A stretch of 63,551 bases of DNA, counting the filler. It is 4 parts of 4 records of this genome, joined end to end, with 100 filler letters (N's around TTAATTAATTAA, not from the genome) between each part and the next. Parts side by side here need not be neighbours in the genome. Positions count along the whole stretch, not along the records: positions 30,722 to 50,255 come from DRR723986_4903; 3 more parts are not named here. One strand, 5' to 3'. The notes under the pieces are model-generated. The model saw only the letters and a list, made by a program, of their open reading frames with translations. It did not search any database and was not told the DNA's origin. Shown here one piece after another: positions 38,675 through 48,697 of the stretch (the first letter of the stretch is position 1; each line of letters begins with the position of its first letter). The position numbers and the translations under genes were made by a program.

Positions 38675-40588
38675 TTATCGGAGGTTGATGATGGTCTGGG
38701 TGACCGCATCGGAGGTTTCAATGGTTTTGGCGTTGGCCTGGTAGTTGCGCTGGGCAATGATCAGGTTCACCAGCTCTGCCGAAAGATCCACATTGGAGTC
38801 CTCTACGGAGCTGGCCTTGATGGAACCAAGCGTGCCGGTATCCGGAGCACCAATCACCGGCTGGCCGGATTCAAAGGTTTCCACCCATGTGGTGTCACCC
38901 ACCGGAGAAAGACCGTCAGTGTTATTGAACGCAGCCAGCGCCACCTGACCCAGAGACTTGGACTGACCATTGGTATACCGGGCGAAGATCACGCCCTGGT
39001 CGGACACATCGAGGCCTGAAAGACGGCCGGTGGTGTAGCCGTTCTGCTGCTGATCGTTAACACCAAATGCCGCGCCATACTGGGTGGTATTGGCCAGATT
39101 GACAACGAACGCAGAACTGGTGGCCGGCTCAGGAATCGGGCTGACCACATCTCCGGGATTTGCCGGCGGGCCGTCAGCACCGTTCGGATCACCGCTTGGA
39201 TCCTTAGGCACCCAGTCGGTAATAATCAACTCACCGTTCGGATCACCGTTGATGGATTCCAGCTGGCCATCCTGGTCAAACAAGGCAGTGTATGGCGTCT
39301 GGTCGGTACCACCCACCAGTTCACCGTCAATCTGGAGGTAGATAGACCACTGGCTCTGACCCACCCCGTTACCCGGAGATGGCTCTTTTACATAGAACTG
39401 GGTCAATTCGTGGGAATTGCCCAGGCTGTCAAAAATGGTGGTCGACGTTGCGTGGTTGTAAGTACGCTGGTCAATGGGATTGAATTCGTTGGTTACGGTA
39501 AACGGTGTCGCATTGAAGGCGACTTCAAACGCGTTGCTACCTGAATCAGTGGTCACCTGCTCAACATTGCGATCGGTGGTAACGAACACCTCACCGTCAT
39601 ATTGCTGGTTGTTGGTGAGCGGAGTACCTGTGGGAGCATCGCCGTAGGCTACCTCCAGCGGCTGCCCACCACTGTGGATGATTCGCAAAACATCGGGGGT
39701 TGAGGGGTCTTCGTCATCATCGACAACCGAGGCCGAGATCGCATTGTCGCTGGTGTCGTTAATGGCTTCCGCCACATCTTCCAGGGAGGATACATTTTCC
39801 AGATTCAGCGGGATCGGTGCAGATCCGTCTATCCGGATTTCAAGCCGGAAATTGGTGGCGCTGCTCACATCGCTATCGGTCAAACCGGTCAGGGAAGCTG
39901 CGGTTCTGGCAGTGGCCGTTACTCCCGGCGCAGCATTAATGGCAATGGCAGCATCACTGGCAGAAGCCGTGGCATCAATCTGCGGTACCGTGTAATCACT
40001 GGTGCCGTCGGAGTAGCCGAAGGTAAAGCCGGAACCTTGAAGATCTGCAAGCGCGATCGGATCAAAATCCCGGATGCGACGCTCAAGCACAGTCTCTCGG
40101 GAATCCAGATTCAGATCGGTCTGGAGATTCGTTGTGCGACGGGGCGCCAGGTTGTCGGTTTCAATCTGAAGGTCACCACGGATGCCAGACAGGTTGCCAT
40201 CATCATCAGCGGTATAACCCTGAACCCTCATATTCTGGTTATTAACAACATAGCCTTCTTTATCAATCCCGAACTGGCCAGCCCGGGAGTAACGGATTTC
40301 ACCGCCATTATTCAGAATAAAGAAGCCATCACCACTGATAGCCATATCCAGGCCGTTATCGGTGAAGCTGATATTGCCCTGACCGAATGACTGCTTTACG
40401 TCCTGCACCCGCACGCCGTCGCCAATCGGATTGGTACCGGCACTCAGGAAACCACTGGCGTACAAATCACCGAACTGTACCTTGCTGCTTTTGAAGCCGA
40501 CGGTACTGGCGTTGGCGATGTTGTTACCGGTGACATCCAGATCCACCGAAGCGGCGCGCAGACCACTCAAACCTGTGTTAAATGCCAT
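38675..40588 (-). CDS. flgE: Flagellar hook protein (long form, 637 aa)
   Basis: GNNIANASTVGFK, YSRAGQF, SNVDLSAELVNLIIAQRNYQAN. Confidence 0.96.
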   Translation of the reverse strand: MAFNTGLSGLRAASVDLDVTGNNIANASTVGFKSSKVQFGDLYASGFLSAGTNPIGDGVRVQDVKQSFGQGNISFTDNGLDMAISGDGFFILNNGGEIRYSRAGQFGIDKEGYVVNNQNMRVQGYTADDDGNLSGIRGDLQIETDNLAPRRTTNLQTDLNLDSRETVLERRIRDFDPIALADLQGSGFTFGYSDGTSDYTVPQIDATASASDAAIAINAAPGVTATARTAASLTGLTDSDVSSATNFRLEIRIDGSAPIPLNLENVSSLEDVAEAINDTSDNAISASVVDDDEDPSTPDVLRIIHSGGQPLEVAYGDAPTGTPLTNNQQYDGEVFVTTDRNVEQVTTDSGSNAFEVAFNATPFTVTNEFNPIDQRTYNHATSTTIFDSLGNSHELTQFYVKEPSPGNGVGQSQWSIYLQIDGELVGGTDQTPYTALFDQDGQLESINGDPNGELIITDWVPKDPSGDPNGADGPPANPGDVVSPIPEPATSSAFVVNLANTTQYGAAFGVNDQQQNGYTTGRLSGLDVSDQGVIFARYTNGQSKSLGQVALAAFNNTDGLSPVGDTTWVETFESGQPVIGAPDTGTLGSIKASSVEDSNVDLSAELVNLIIAQRNYQANAKTIETSDAVTQTIINLR

Positions 40589-40616
40589 GACTTATACCTC
40601 CTGGTCTGACACCGGA

Positions 40617-41294
40617 TCAGTTGATTTGTTTGACTTCAGACAGCGGAATGGAGCCCATTCCGGCCAGATTCAGAGTAATGGAACCACCCTGCCCCAACGA
40701 CACACTGTCGACATTGGCGCTCACCATGGTCGCCAGCTGCTCCGATCCGGAGGGATAGGAGCCCTGCGCCACAATCGAGTAGGGGCCGGGCGGCAAAGGA
40801 TTGCCGTTGCCGTCTTGCCCATCCCACTGGAACGAAACCACACCAGCCTGGCTGCTGCCCATATCAATCTGGCGAACTAACTCACCGTTTTGATTCATGA
40901 CCGACAGTCGCAGCCCACCCGTGGAAGCCGGCACCTGAATGGTGCCAGTTATCTCGCCTTCGCTACCCAGAATGCCCACACTGGAGGGTGCCAGCACGGT
41001 TTTGCCCACCATCGCCGAGGCCTGCAAGGCCTGGCTGGACCGGAACTGACCAACCACATCGTCGACACTGCCCGACAGATTCTGCATTTCTTCCAGTGAA
41101 CTGAACTGGGCCAACTGGGCGATAAAATCGCCGTTGTCCTGCGGCTCCAGTGGGTTCTGATTCTTGAGCTGCGCCAGCATCAGCTCCATAAACGCGTCTT
41201 TACCCAGCTCGTTGCCACCAGGGGTCTTGCCCTCCTGGTTCAGCTGGTACTGGCTCAGCACGTCTGAGGCGGCTGCGGAATTCACTGCACTCAT
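40617..41294 (-). CDS. flgD: Flagellar hook capping protein
   Basis: AQLKNQNPLEP...QLAQFSSLE; FQWDG. Confidence 0.96.
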   Translation of the reverse strand: MSAVNSAAASDVLSQYQLNQEGKTPGGNELGKDAFMELMLAQLKNQNPLEPQDNGDFIAQLAQFSSLEEMQNLSGSVDDVVGQFRSSQALQASAMVGKTVLAPSSVGILGSEGEITGTIQVPASTGGLRLSVMNQNGELVRQIDMGSSQAGVVSFQWDGQDGNGNPLPPGPYSIVAQGSYPSGSEQLATMVSANVDSVSLGQGGSITLNLAGMGSIPLSEVKQIN

Positions 41295-41311
41295 GGCTTA
41301 ATCCTCACTTG

Positions 41312-41761
41312 TTACTGCTGACCCAGTGTCAGAATTCGCTGCATCATGGATTTGGCGGTGTTCATGACATCCACATTCATCTGAAAACTGCGGGACGACG
41401 ACATCATGTCCGCCATTTCCTCAACCACGTTCACGTTGGGGTAATAAACGTACCCTTCCTCGTTCGCGGCAGGGTGATTCGGCTCATAGCGCATCTGCAG
41501 TTCTGCATCGCTCTCGACAATCCCCTCAACGCGAACACCTGCCCCGGGCCCCTCTTCGGAACCCATACCAAATCCCTGCTGATCAGGGTTCAGCATGGCC
41601 TGCTGAATAGCGGCAAACACCGGTTTGCGGGCACGGTACGTTGTATCCGTGCTCGAACTGGCGGTTTCTGCGTTGGCAATGTTAGACGCGGTGGTGTTGA
41701 GCCGCAGTGACTGTGCGGTCATGCCGGAACCGGCGATGTCGAAAATGTTACCCAGTGACAT
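41312..41761 (-). CDS. flgC: Flagellar basal-body rod protein
   Basis: ASNIANAE, YEPNHP.A...GYV.YPNVN. Confidence 0.97.
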   Translation of the reverse strand: MSLGNIFDIAGSGMTAQSLRLNTTASNIANAETASSSTDTTYRARKPVFAAIQQAMLNPDQQGFGMGSEEGPGAGVRVEGIVESDAELQMRYEPNHPAANEEGYVYYPNVNVVEEMADMMSSSRSFQMNVDVMNTAKSMMQRILTLGQQ

Positions 41762-41794
41762 GACAATCTCCTTCAATCTCGTACGGACTGCGGC

Positions 41795-42193
41795 TTATTC
41801 GCCCTTCAGCGCCTTGGTCAGGCCGGAAAACCGACTACTCAGGAACTGGAAGCTGGCCTGGTAATCCATGGCGTTGCGCATGAAACGGGTCTGCTCGGCC
41901 TGCGCATCCACGGTATTGCCATCAATTGATGGCTGGTGCGGGGTACGGTACAGCAGCTCGCCGTCAGCGCCAGGGCTGGAGGTGTCCATATGGCCACTGT
42001 GGGTCGTGGTCATACCAAAGCCCGTCATGGAATCCTGCGCCTTCTGCATCATCGCCTGGAAATCCACGTCGCGGGCTTTGTAGCCCGGGGTGTCGGCATT
42101 TGCCAGGTTGTTCGCCAGCACTTCGGCCCGCTTGACCCGCGCCTGCAGCGCGTGCTCATGAATACCAAGCGCTTTGTCGAATGTAATAGCCAT
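41795..42193 (-). CDS. flgB: Flagellar basal-body rod protein
   Basis: ANNLANADTPGYKARD, DGNTVD. Confidence 0.97.
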   Translation of the reverse strand: MAITFDKALGIHEHALQARVKRAEVLANNLANADTPGYKARDVDFQAMMQKAQDSMTGFGMTTTHSGHMDTSSPGADGELLYRTPHQPSIDGNTVDAQAEQTRFMRNAMDYQASFQFLSSRFSGLTKALKGE

Positions 42194-42266
42194 TACTGCC
42201 TCCAGATCTTTGCACCGACCAGGCTGAACCTGTGAACTTGCCGGTTTTGCGTTCTGAAGTGATCAA

Positions 42267-42282
42267 AGCAAGCAGAGTGCCA
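42267..42282 (-). promoter_or_regulatory. Sigma54 promoter of flgB
   Basis: Consensus TGGCAC-N5-TTGCT. Confidence 0.9.
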
Positions 42283-42288
42283 GAATTG

Positions 42289-42313
42289 AAAAAGCCCGCT
42301 GTAATGCGGGCTT
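42289..42313 (-). terminator. Rho-independent terminator downstream of the nitroreductase gene
   Basis: aagcccgc/gcgggctt stem with A5 run (U5 on minus strand). Confidence 0.7.
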
Positions 42314-42409
42314 CAAGGAGGACTGTCTAATAAATGAGCGGCAAAATGAGGTGAATCGCTGCGGGGGCGGCAACGGGTTTCCCCAGCCGGGTTTGCCGCT
42401 GCTCGAATC

Positions 42410-42991
42410 TCATACTTCCCAGCGGTCCGTACGCCCTGGCGCCGTCCATCTTGCGACATAATCTCTGGTATCGGGCCGGGGCACGGGTGGCTTTTCACTG
42501 GCAACGGTACCGGTATAGAGAAAACCGACAACGGACTCCCCAGACGAAAGCCCAAGGCCTTCATGCAGCAACGGATGATAAGCCACCGGCCCGGTTCGCC
42601 ACATGGCGCCAAAGCCAGCATCGTTTAGCGCCAGCGATATAAAGCTCATACCGGCCGCTGCCGACATCACCTGTTCTACCTCCGGCACTTTCGGATGATG
42701 GCGAGGCGCTGCAATACCAACAATCACCATGGGCGCACGACCCGGCGCATTCCGGGCTTTCTCACGCTCCTTGTCAGAAGCCTCCGACGGGCAGCATTCA
42801 GCAAACAAGTCACCCAAGGCTGCCAGGCCTTCCCCTTCTACCACGAGATAACGCCAGGGCCTCAACAACGCATGATCCGGGGCCCGGGCCGCACATTGGA
42901 AGGCCTGATCAACCACCGACACCGGTGGTGCCGGCTCCTGCAGACGGGGTTCCGAAGCGCGATCAAGAATAAAACGGGTAATCGAACTCAT
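42410..42991 (-). CDS. YdjA-type nitroreductase family protein
   Basis: RAPDH..LRPWR, RAPMVI, GFGAMWRTG, GFLY.GT. Confidence 0.9.
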   Translation of the reverse strand: MSSITRFILDRASEPRLQEPAPPVSVVDQAFQCAARAPDHALLRPWRYLVVEGEGLAALGDLFAECCPSEASDKEREKARNAPGRAPMVIVGIAAPRHHPKVPEVEQVMSAAAGMSFISLALNDAGFGAMWRTGPVAYHPLLHEGLGLSSGESVVGFLYTGTVASEKPPVPRPDTRDYVARWTAPGRTDRWEV

Positions 42992-43126
42992 ACAGTCTCG
43001 CTGTTGATTGGTTGTATGAATAACGGTTGGGCCGGGAGCGGCCCCGATGAATTGTGAGTTCTACGTAATGCTGTTAATCTTTAGTCGTAGTTCAAACCAA
43101 CAATTATAAAGAATCGGCAGCATACA

Positions 43127-43324
43127 ATGAGCGACCAGCGGGCATTTCGCAACTTTGAAGAATTCTACCCTTGCCACCTGAACGATCACAGCGACGCGAC
43201 CTGTCACCGCCTTCATTTCATTGGCAGCATGCAGATTCAGATTGTGCCCTTGTGGGCTGTGTATAGCCTGATGGGAGACTGGGGAATGTTTCGCGACATA
43301 CTTATCGGAAGGATCCGGTTCTGA
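43127..43324 (+). pseudogene. Internally deleted DUF962 (Mpo1-like) gene
   Basis: Keeps N-terminal F..FYP..L..HS..TC.RLHFIG and C-terminal YSLMGDW.M..D...GRIRF but lacks the central TM/W.GH...EKN.PA segment. Confidence 0.65.
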
Positions 43325-43326
43325 AA

Positions 43327-44766
43327 ATGATGAGCGCACCCGCTGAATTACGCAGCGTGACCGGCAACACCGGCAAGCTGGGGCAAGGCGACATCTACGA
43401 CCACACGGTGGCGATTCCACCGATGCCCGACTACAACGGTCGGATACTGGCCTACACCGCCACTGCCGCCATTATTGTCACCGGTGTCCTTCAGGGTGTG
43501 TTTCCCCAACTGCTTCTGTGGATGGTGGCTGGCGCGCTGGTATGGCCTCATCTCGCGCACGTACTTACACGGCGAACCTTCCTGCAGCGTTCACCACGGA
43601 TCCGACAAAAAATGCTGTTCCTCGATTGCATCATCGGGGGCAGTTTCATTGGCTTGATTGGATTGATCGCTATCCCGTCAGTGTCTGTTGTCCTGATGCT
43701 GATGTTCAGCTGTCTTATCGTGGGTGGCGTCAGGCAGTGGCTGTTCGGTACGGCGCTCCTGTCTGCCGCCATGGCCGCAACAGTAGCGGCAACCGGTACC
43801 GCCGCCGATCTGGAAGCCCCGCTGCTCACCAGCATCGTCGCCATTTTGGCCACAGGCACGTACATCTGCGTTACCGCCTATTACTCACACCAGCAGGCCC
43901 GGGCCCTGCTGCTGGCAAAGACCCAGATTCAGAACCAGCGGGAACAGTCCATCGCCCTGTCCCACAAGCTCTCGAAATACCTGTCGCCTCAGGTCTGGCA
44001 GTCCATCTTTACCGGGGAACGGGATGTTCGGCTTGAAACCCAGCGCAAGAAACTGGCAGTGTTTTTCTCAGACATAAAAGGCTTTACTGAACTGTCGGAG
44101 GAGATGGAGCCGGAAGCCCTTACCGAGCTTCTGAATCACTACTTCAACGAAATGTCAGAGGTCGCCCTGAAATACGGCGGCACCATCGACAAGTTTGTCG
44201 GCGATTCCATCATGGTGTTCTTTGGCGATCCGACCAGTCGCGGCCAGAAAGAAGATGCGTTCTCGTGTGTGTCCATGGCCATCGAGATGCGCAAACACAT
44301 GAAGATCATGCGCCAGAAATGGCGCAGCCAGGGCATCAAGACGCCCCTGGAAATCCGCATGGGCATCAGTACCGGCTACACCACGGTTGGTAACTTCGGC
44401 GCCGAAAACCGGATGGATTACACCATTATCGGCAAGGAAGTGAACCTCGCCAGCCGACTGGAGTCCCTGGCGGAACCAGGCGAGATTCTGGTGTCGTATG
44501 AGACCTTCTCGCTGATCAAAGACCGCATTATGTGCCGGGACAAGGGCGAGATTACCGTAAAAGGCTTTGGCAAGCCGGTGCCCATCTACGAGGTGGTGGA
44601 TTTCCGGCGCGACATGGGGCCTCACCGTAGCTTCCTGGAACACGAACACAGCGGCTTTGCCATGTACCTGGATTCCGATAAGGTCACCGAACGGGAGCGC
44701 AAAGCCATACTCAGCGCCCTCGAAGACGCAGCAGACCGACTGCGTCAGGAAGACGATACCGAATAG
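43327..44766 (+). CDS. cyaB: Class III adenylate cyclase with MASE2-like membrane domain
   Basis: VFFSDIKGFT, IDKFVGD, MDYTIIGKEVNLASRLE; N-terminal TM region. Confidence 0.9.
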   Translation: MMSAPAELRSVTGNTGKLGQGDIYDHTVAIPPMPDYNGRILAYTATAAIIVTGVLQGVFPQLLLWMVAGALVWPHLAHVLTRRTFLQRSPRIRQKMLFLDCIIGGSFIGLIGLIAIPSVSVVLMLMFSCLIVGGVRQWLFGTALLSAAMAATVAATGTAADLEAPLLTSIVAILATGTYICVTAYYSHQQARALLLAKTQIQNQREQSIALSHKLSKYLSPQVWQSIFTGERDVRLETQRKKLAVFFSDIKGFTELSEEMEPEALTELLNHYFNEMSEVALKYGGTIDKFVGDSIMVFFGDPTSRGQKEDAFSCVSMAIEMRKHMKIMRQKWRSQGIKTPLEIRMGISTGYTTVGNFGAENRMDYTIIGKEVNLASRLESLAEPGEILVSYETFSLIKDRIMCRDKGEITVKGFGKPVPIYEVVDFRRDMGPHRSFLEHEHSGFAMYLDSDKVTERERKAILSALEDAADRLRQEDDTE

Positions 44767-44775
44767 CCGAGCCTG

Positions 44776-45594
44776 CTACTGCCTAACCAGCCGCGGCCCC
44801 GGACCGTCTTCAGCACATGTGCTGCGCCAGGGGTTGATATCCAGGCCACCACGCCGGGTGTAACGGGCGCACACCATCAAGGATTCCGGCTGACACCTCG
44901 CCATCAAGTCAGTAAAGATGGTTTCAACACAATGTTCGTGAAAATCCTGTTTCTGACGGAAGCTCACGATGTAGCGCAGCAACCCTGCCCGATCAATCTT
45001 CCTCCCGGAATAACGAATCAGTACCGTGGCCCAGTCGGGTTGGCCGGTCACTGGACAGTTGCTTTTCAGAAGATGTGAACACAAGCCTTCACTGACCACC
45101 GGCTCGCTGGTTGTCAGCGACTCAGGCGCATAGTCGTAGGCCACCTGCTCTAGCGTTTCATCATCGATCAACTCGTATCCTTCGGGCCGGCCGATTGCAG
45201 GCGCTGAGTCATCCACACTCAGAAGCGTCACATCCACCGCCGCACCACAGGCACTCGAAAGATCCTGGGTAATGGTCTCGGCCACTTGATCCGGAGACGA
45301 GAACACCGCCTGATTCAGAGAGTTCAGATACAACTTCAGGGATTTGCTCTCAATAATGGCAGGCGATGCCGCAGGAAACCGGATTTCTCCCCAGGCCACG
45401 GCCGGCACACCGCCAGGCTTCAGCCAGGAGATTTCCCACGCCTGCCACATGTCCTCGCCAAACCAGGGCCAGCGACCATCGTCCAGGCCGATTCGCCGGC
45501 GGTTTTCTTCCCGGGCCACCGGGAACAGCAGAGACGGATCATACTGATCAGGGTATTCACTGGACTTGCCCAGTGGCGCGTTATCAAGAGCCAT
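44776..45594 (-). CDS. queF: 7-cyano-7-deazaguanine reductase (bimodular)
   Basis: IESKSLKLYLNS, CPVTGQPDW, FHEHCVE, YTRRGGLDINP. Confidence 0.97.
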   Translation of the reverse strand: MALDNAPLGKSSEYPDQYDPSLLFPVAREENRRRIGLDDGRWPWFGEDMWQAWEISWLKPGGVPAVAWGEIRFPAASPAIIESKSLKLYLNSLNQAVFSSPDQVAETITQDLSSACGAAVDVTLLSVDDSAPAIGRPEGYELIDDETLEQVAYDYAPESLTTSEPVVSEGLCSHLLKSNCPVTGQPDWATVLIRYSGRKIDRAGLLRYIVSFRQKQDFHEHCVETIFTDLMARCQPESLMVCARYTRRGGLDINPWRSTCAEDGPGPRLVRQ

Positions 45595-45612
45595 ATCAGT
45601 TCCGGAATTTAA

Positions 45613-46386
45613 TCAGTGTCGAATGCCCTTGCCACGGGCAAGCATGCGCAAGGCTACCGCCGCCAGCAAGACGATGAAAACCAGAATCATACCAAGAGAC
45701 ACGAACGGATTAACGTCCGAAACACCCAGTATGCCGAAGCGAAAACCGTTAACCATATACAGGATCGGATTCGCCATGGACACGCCCTGCCAGAACGACG
45801 GCAGCATGTCGATGCTGTAGAACACACCCCCAAGGTACGTTAGCGGAGTAAGCACAAAGGTCGGGACAATGGAAATGTCATCAAACTTGGTCGCCAGCAT
45901 GGCGTTGATGAAGCCACCCAGAGAGAACAATGCCGATGTGAGAATCACCGTGATAACCACCATCAGCAGGTTATGGATACTTAACTGAGTGAATGCCAGC
46001 GACAGCAAGGTGACGATCAGGCCGATACTCAGACCCCGGGCCATACCACCAGCCACATAGCCCGCCAGGATGGTCCAGTTCGGCACCGGCGACACGAGCA
46101 ATTCCTCAATACTGCGCTGGAACTTCATAGAGAAAAACGACGACACCACATTGGAGTAGGAATTGGTGATCACCGCCATCATGATCAGGCCCGGCACAAT
46201 GAACTGCATATAGTCGTAGCCGCCCATTTCACCGATGCGGGAACCAATCAGGTTGCCAAAAATAATAAAATACAGCGTCATCGTGACGGCCGGCGGCAAC
46301 AGCGTCTGCGGCCAGATCCGGGTAAAGCGCCGAACCTCGCGGGTAACGATGGTTGTAAAGGCTGTCCACAGTGCTTGCGGTGTCAT
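45613..46386 (-). CDS. yadH: ABC-2 type permease
   Basis: RIWPQTLLPP, YMQFIVPGLIMM, PLTYLGGVFYS. Confidence 0.9.
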   Translation of the reverse strand: MTPQALWTAFTTIVTREVRRFTRIWPQTLLPPAVTMTLYFIIFGNLIGSRIGEMGGYDYMQFIVPGLIMMAVITNSYSNVVSSFFSMKFQRSIEELLVSPVPNWTILAGYVAGGMARGLSIGLIVTLLSLAFTQLSIHNLLMVVITVILTSALFSLGGFINAMLATKFDDISIVPTFVLTPLTYLGGVFYSIDMLPSFWQGVSMANPILYMVNGFRFGILGVSDVNPFVSLGMILVFIVLLAAVALRMLARGKGIRH

Positions 46387-47333
46387 GCTGTCACCTCGCT
46401 GGCTTTCTCTGCCTCCCGGGCGTTCTCCTCAACCATGCGAACGAACAGCTCTTCCAGCCGGTTGGCCTTGGTTCGCATGCTCAGTACACGAATACCCAGG
46501 TTCTCCAGTTCGATAAACAGAGCGTTCAAACCCTGTCCCTTGGCAACTTCCACTTCAAGCGCACCATCGTCATCCAGGCTGGCTTTGAATGCAGTCAGTT
46601 CAGGGGCTTTCTCTAACGGCTGCTCGGTATCCAGTACAAAGGTTTCTACACTGAGCTGTTGCAGCAGTTCCCGCTTGCTGGTGTGCCGGATGATTTCCCC
46701 ATGATCAATAATAGCAATATTGCGGCACAGGGCTTCCGCCTCCTCCAGATAGTGGGTGGTCAGAATGATGGTAGTCCCCTGACGATTCATCTCCTCCAGG
46801 AATTGCCACATGGAGCGACGCAATTCGATATCCACGCCGGCCGTCGGCTCATCAAGAATCAGCAATCTGGGCTCATGTACCAGTGCCCGGGCGATCATCA
46901 GGCGGCGTTTCATACCACCGGACAACATCCTGGCCGGTGTGTTGCGCTTGTCCCAGAGCCCGAGCTTCTTCAGATACTTTTCCGCAGACACCCGTGCGGT
47001 TTTCAGGGGTATGCCGTAATAACCAGCCTGCGTGGTGACGATATCTTCCACCTTCTCGAACTGGTTAAAATTGAATTCCTGTGGAACCACACCCAAGGAG
47101 AGTTTGGCGCTTGAGAGGTCTGTATCGATATCATGGCCGAACACCCTGACCTTGCCGCCCGACTTGTTTACCAGAGAGGAAACAATCCCAAGAGTGGTCG
47201 ACTTGCCGGCCCCGTTTGGGCCCAGCAAGGCGAAAAAATCGCCTTCCCGAACGTGCAGATCAATGCCTTTGAGGGCCCGAAAACCATCGCTGTAGTTCTT
47301 GGTCAGCCCTTCAATGTCCAGTGCGTAGGTCAT
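46383..47333 (-). CDS. yadG: ABC transporter ATP-binding protein
   Basis: GPNGAGKST, LSGGMKRR, LDEPTAGVD; coupled to yadH. Confidence 0.92.
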   Translation of the reverse strand: MTYALDIEGLTKNYSDGFRALKGIDLHVREGDFFALLGPNGAGKSTTLGIVSSLVNKSGGKVRVFGHDIDTDLSSAKLSLGVVPQEFNFNQFEKVEDIVTTQAGYYGIPLKTARVSAEKYLKKLGLWDKRNTPARMLSGGMKRRLMIARALVHEPRLLILDEPTAGVDIELRRSMWQFLEEMNRQGTTIILTTHYLEEAEALCRNIAIIDHGEIIRHTSKRELLQQLSVETFVLDTEQPLEKAPELTAFKASLDDDGALEVEVAKGQGLNALFIELENLGIRVLSMRTKANRLEELFVRMVEENAREAEKASEVTA

Positions 47334-47581
47334 ATACCCCACCGTTGTTCAGAAACCTGGCTCCAGAGGAGCTAAAAAGATAGAGAGCTATTTGATTGAG
47401 GCAACGCCCGAAAATTCAAGGGACGAAGCCAATTAAAGCCAGGTGTCCCAAACCCTCAAACTGCGACAGGATTCCCGATATAGCCGAAGTGCCATCCCTA
47501 TAATGCAGTTACAACAACTTACAAATCGGACACCGGCCACCGGATGCTCCAAGTCAACGCGAAGGGATTGTACGAAACGCC

Positions 47582-48697
47582 ATGAAACTCGTTCACCTCA
47601 CCCGCTTTATTCTGCCACTCTCTGCAGCCATCGCCCTGACCGGCTGCTTCGATAGTGGCAGCAGCTCCGGATCCGACGATACCCGCACCGGGCAAATTCA
47701 TTTCCAGGGCGTTGGTGGGCTGACCTACCAGACCGCCAGTCAGTCCGGAAAGACCAACACCCGTGGCGAGTTCCGCTATTACCCCGGCGAGACAATCTCG
47801 GTCAAAGTAGGCAATCTCCCTATCGCAGAGGGGATTCCGGCAAGGGAATACGTGACCTTCCTGGAATTTCAGGAAGACACCCGCGCGGCCCTGCAAACCC
47901 CGGCCGTTGACGATGAAGGACTGAACAGCCACCAGGTCCGTGAACAGCTATTGTTTGAGAACAACACACTGATGAACCTGTCCCGCTTCCTTCTGGCCCT
48001 GAACTGGACCGAGAACGTAGACGACGACGAGGGCATCGACATCCGCGAGCGAGTCATCAACCAGCTCAACCAGGCGCTTGATGATCCTAACCTGCCGAAC
48101 ACCATCAACTTCGATATCAGTACCAGCGAGTTTACTGCAGAGAATTCACCGGCCAACCAGATTCTGGCGGAGATATGCTTCTACCCCGAAGACGACCCGC
48201 TGTGCGGATCACCGCCAACCCAGGAAGAAATAGATAACGCCACAGAACGCCCCGTGGATGGTGAACTGGATCCAGATGTCGACTACAAGGAAGATCTCGA
48301 GGCGCTTCGGGAACGAATTCTTCAGTCCGTACGCAATATGGACGAATTCGACAACGAACAGACCCAGAACTACTTGCGCAGGGAGCTTGCTGCCATAACC
48401 CGAGCGTTATCGCGACAATACTTTCTGTCGCCGGAAGACGCCACCCACCCGACTGCCGACACGGCCATCAAGACAGTGAAAGTCAGAAAAATCGATGGGA
48501 ACGCAAAATTGGCGCAGCTACAGGCCCAGAGCACTCGCCCCAGTGATGTGTACGTCAATGCCGAAAGCTGGCAAGAGGCGGAAGTGGAATACGTGATCGA
48601 CGGCCCCACAGGCGGAGAATCAGAAATTCTTGTAAACTTCCAGCCGGAGGGCACCTACCGGTGGGTGCGCAAGCAGATACGCATACTTATCGATTGA
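47582..48697 (+). CDS. Hypothetical acidic lipoprotein
   Basis: Lipobox LTGC, Ser/Gly linker, GLTYQT.SQSG.T...GEF.Y.PGETI beta module. Confidence 0.8.
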   Translation: MKLVHLTRFILPLSAAIALTGCFDSGSSSGSDDTRTGQIHFQGVGGLTYQTASQSGKTNTRGEFRYYPGETISVKVGNLPIAEGIPAREYVTFLEFQEDTRAALQTPAVDDEGLNSHQVREQLLFENNTLMNLSRFLLALNWTENVDDDEGIDIRERVINQLNQALDDPNLPNTINFDISTSEFTAENSPANQILAEICFYPEDDPLCGSPPTQEEIDNATERPVDGELDPDVDYKEDLEALRERILQSVRNMDEFDNEQTQNYLRRELAAITRALSRQYFLSPEDATHPTADTAIKTVKVRKIDGNAKLAQLQAQSTRPSDVYVNAESWQEAEVEYVIDGPTGGESEILVNFQPEGTYRWVRKQIRILID

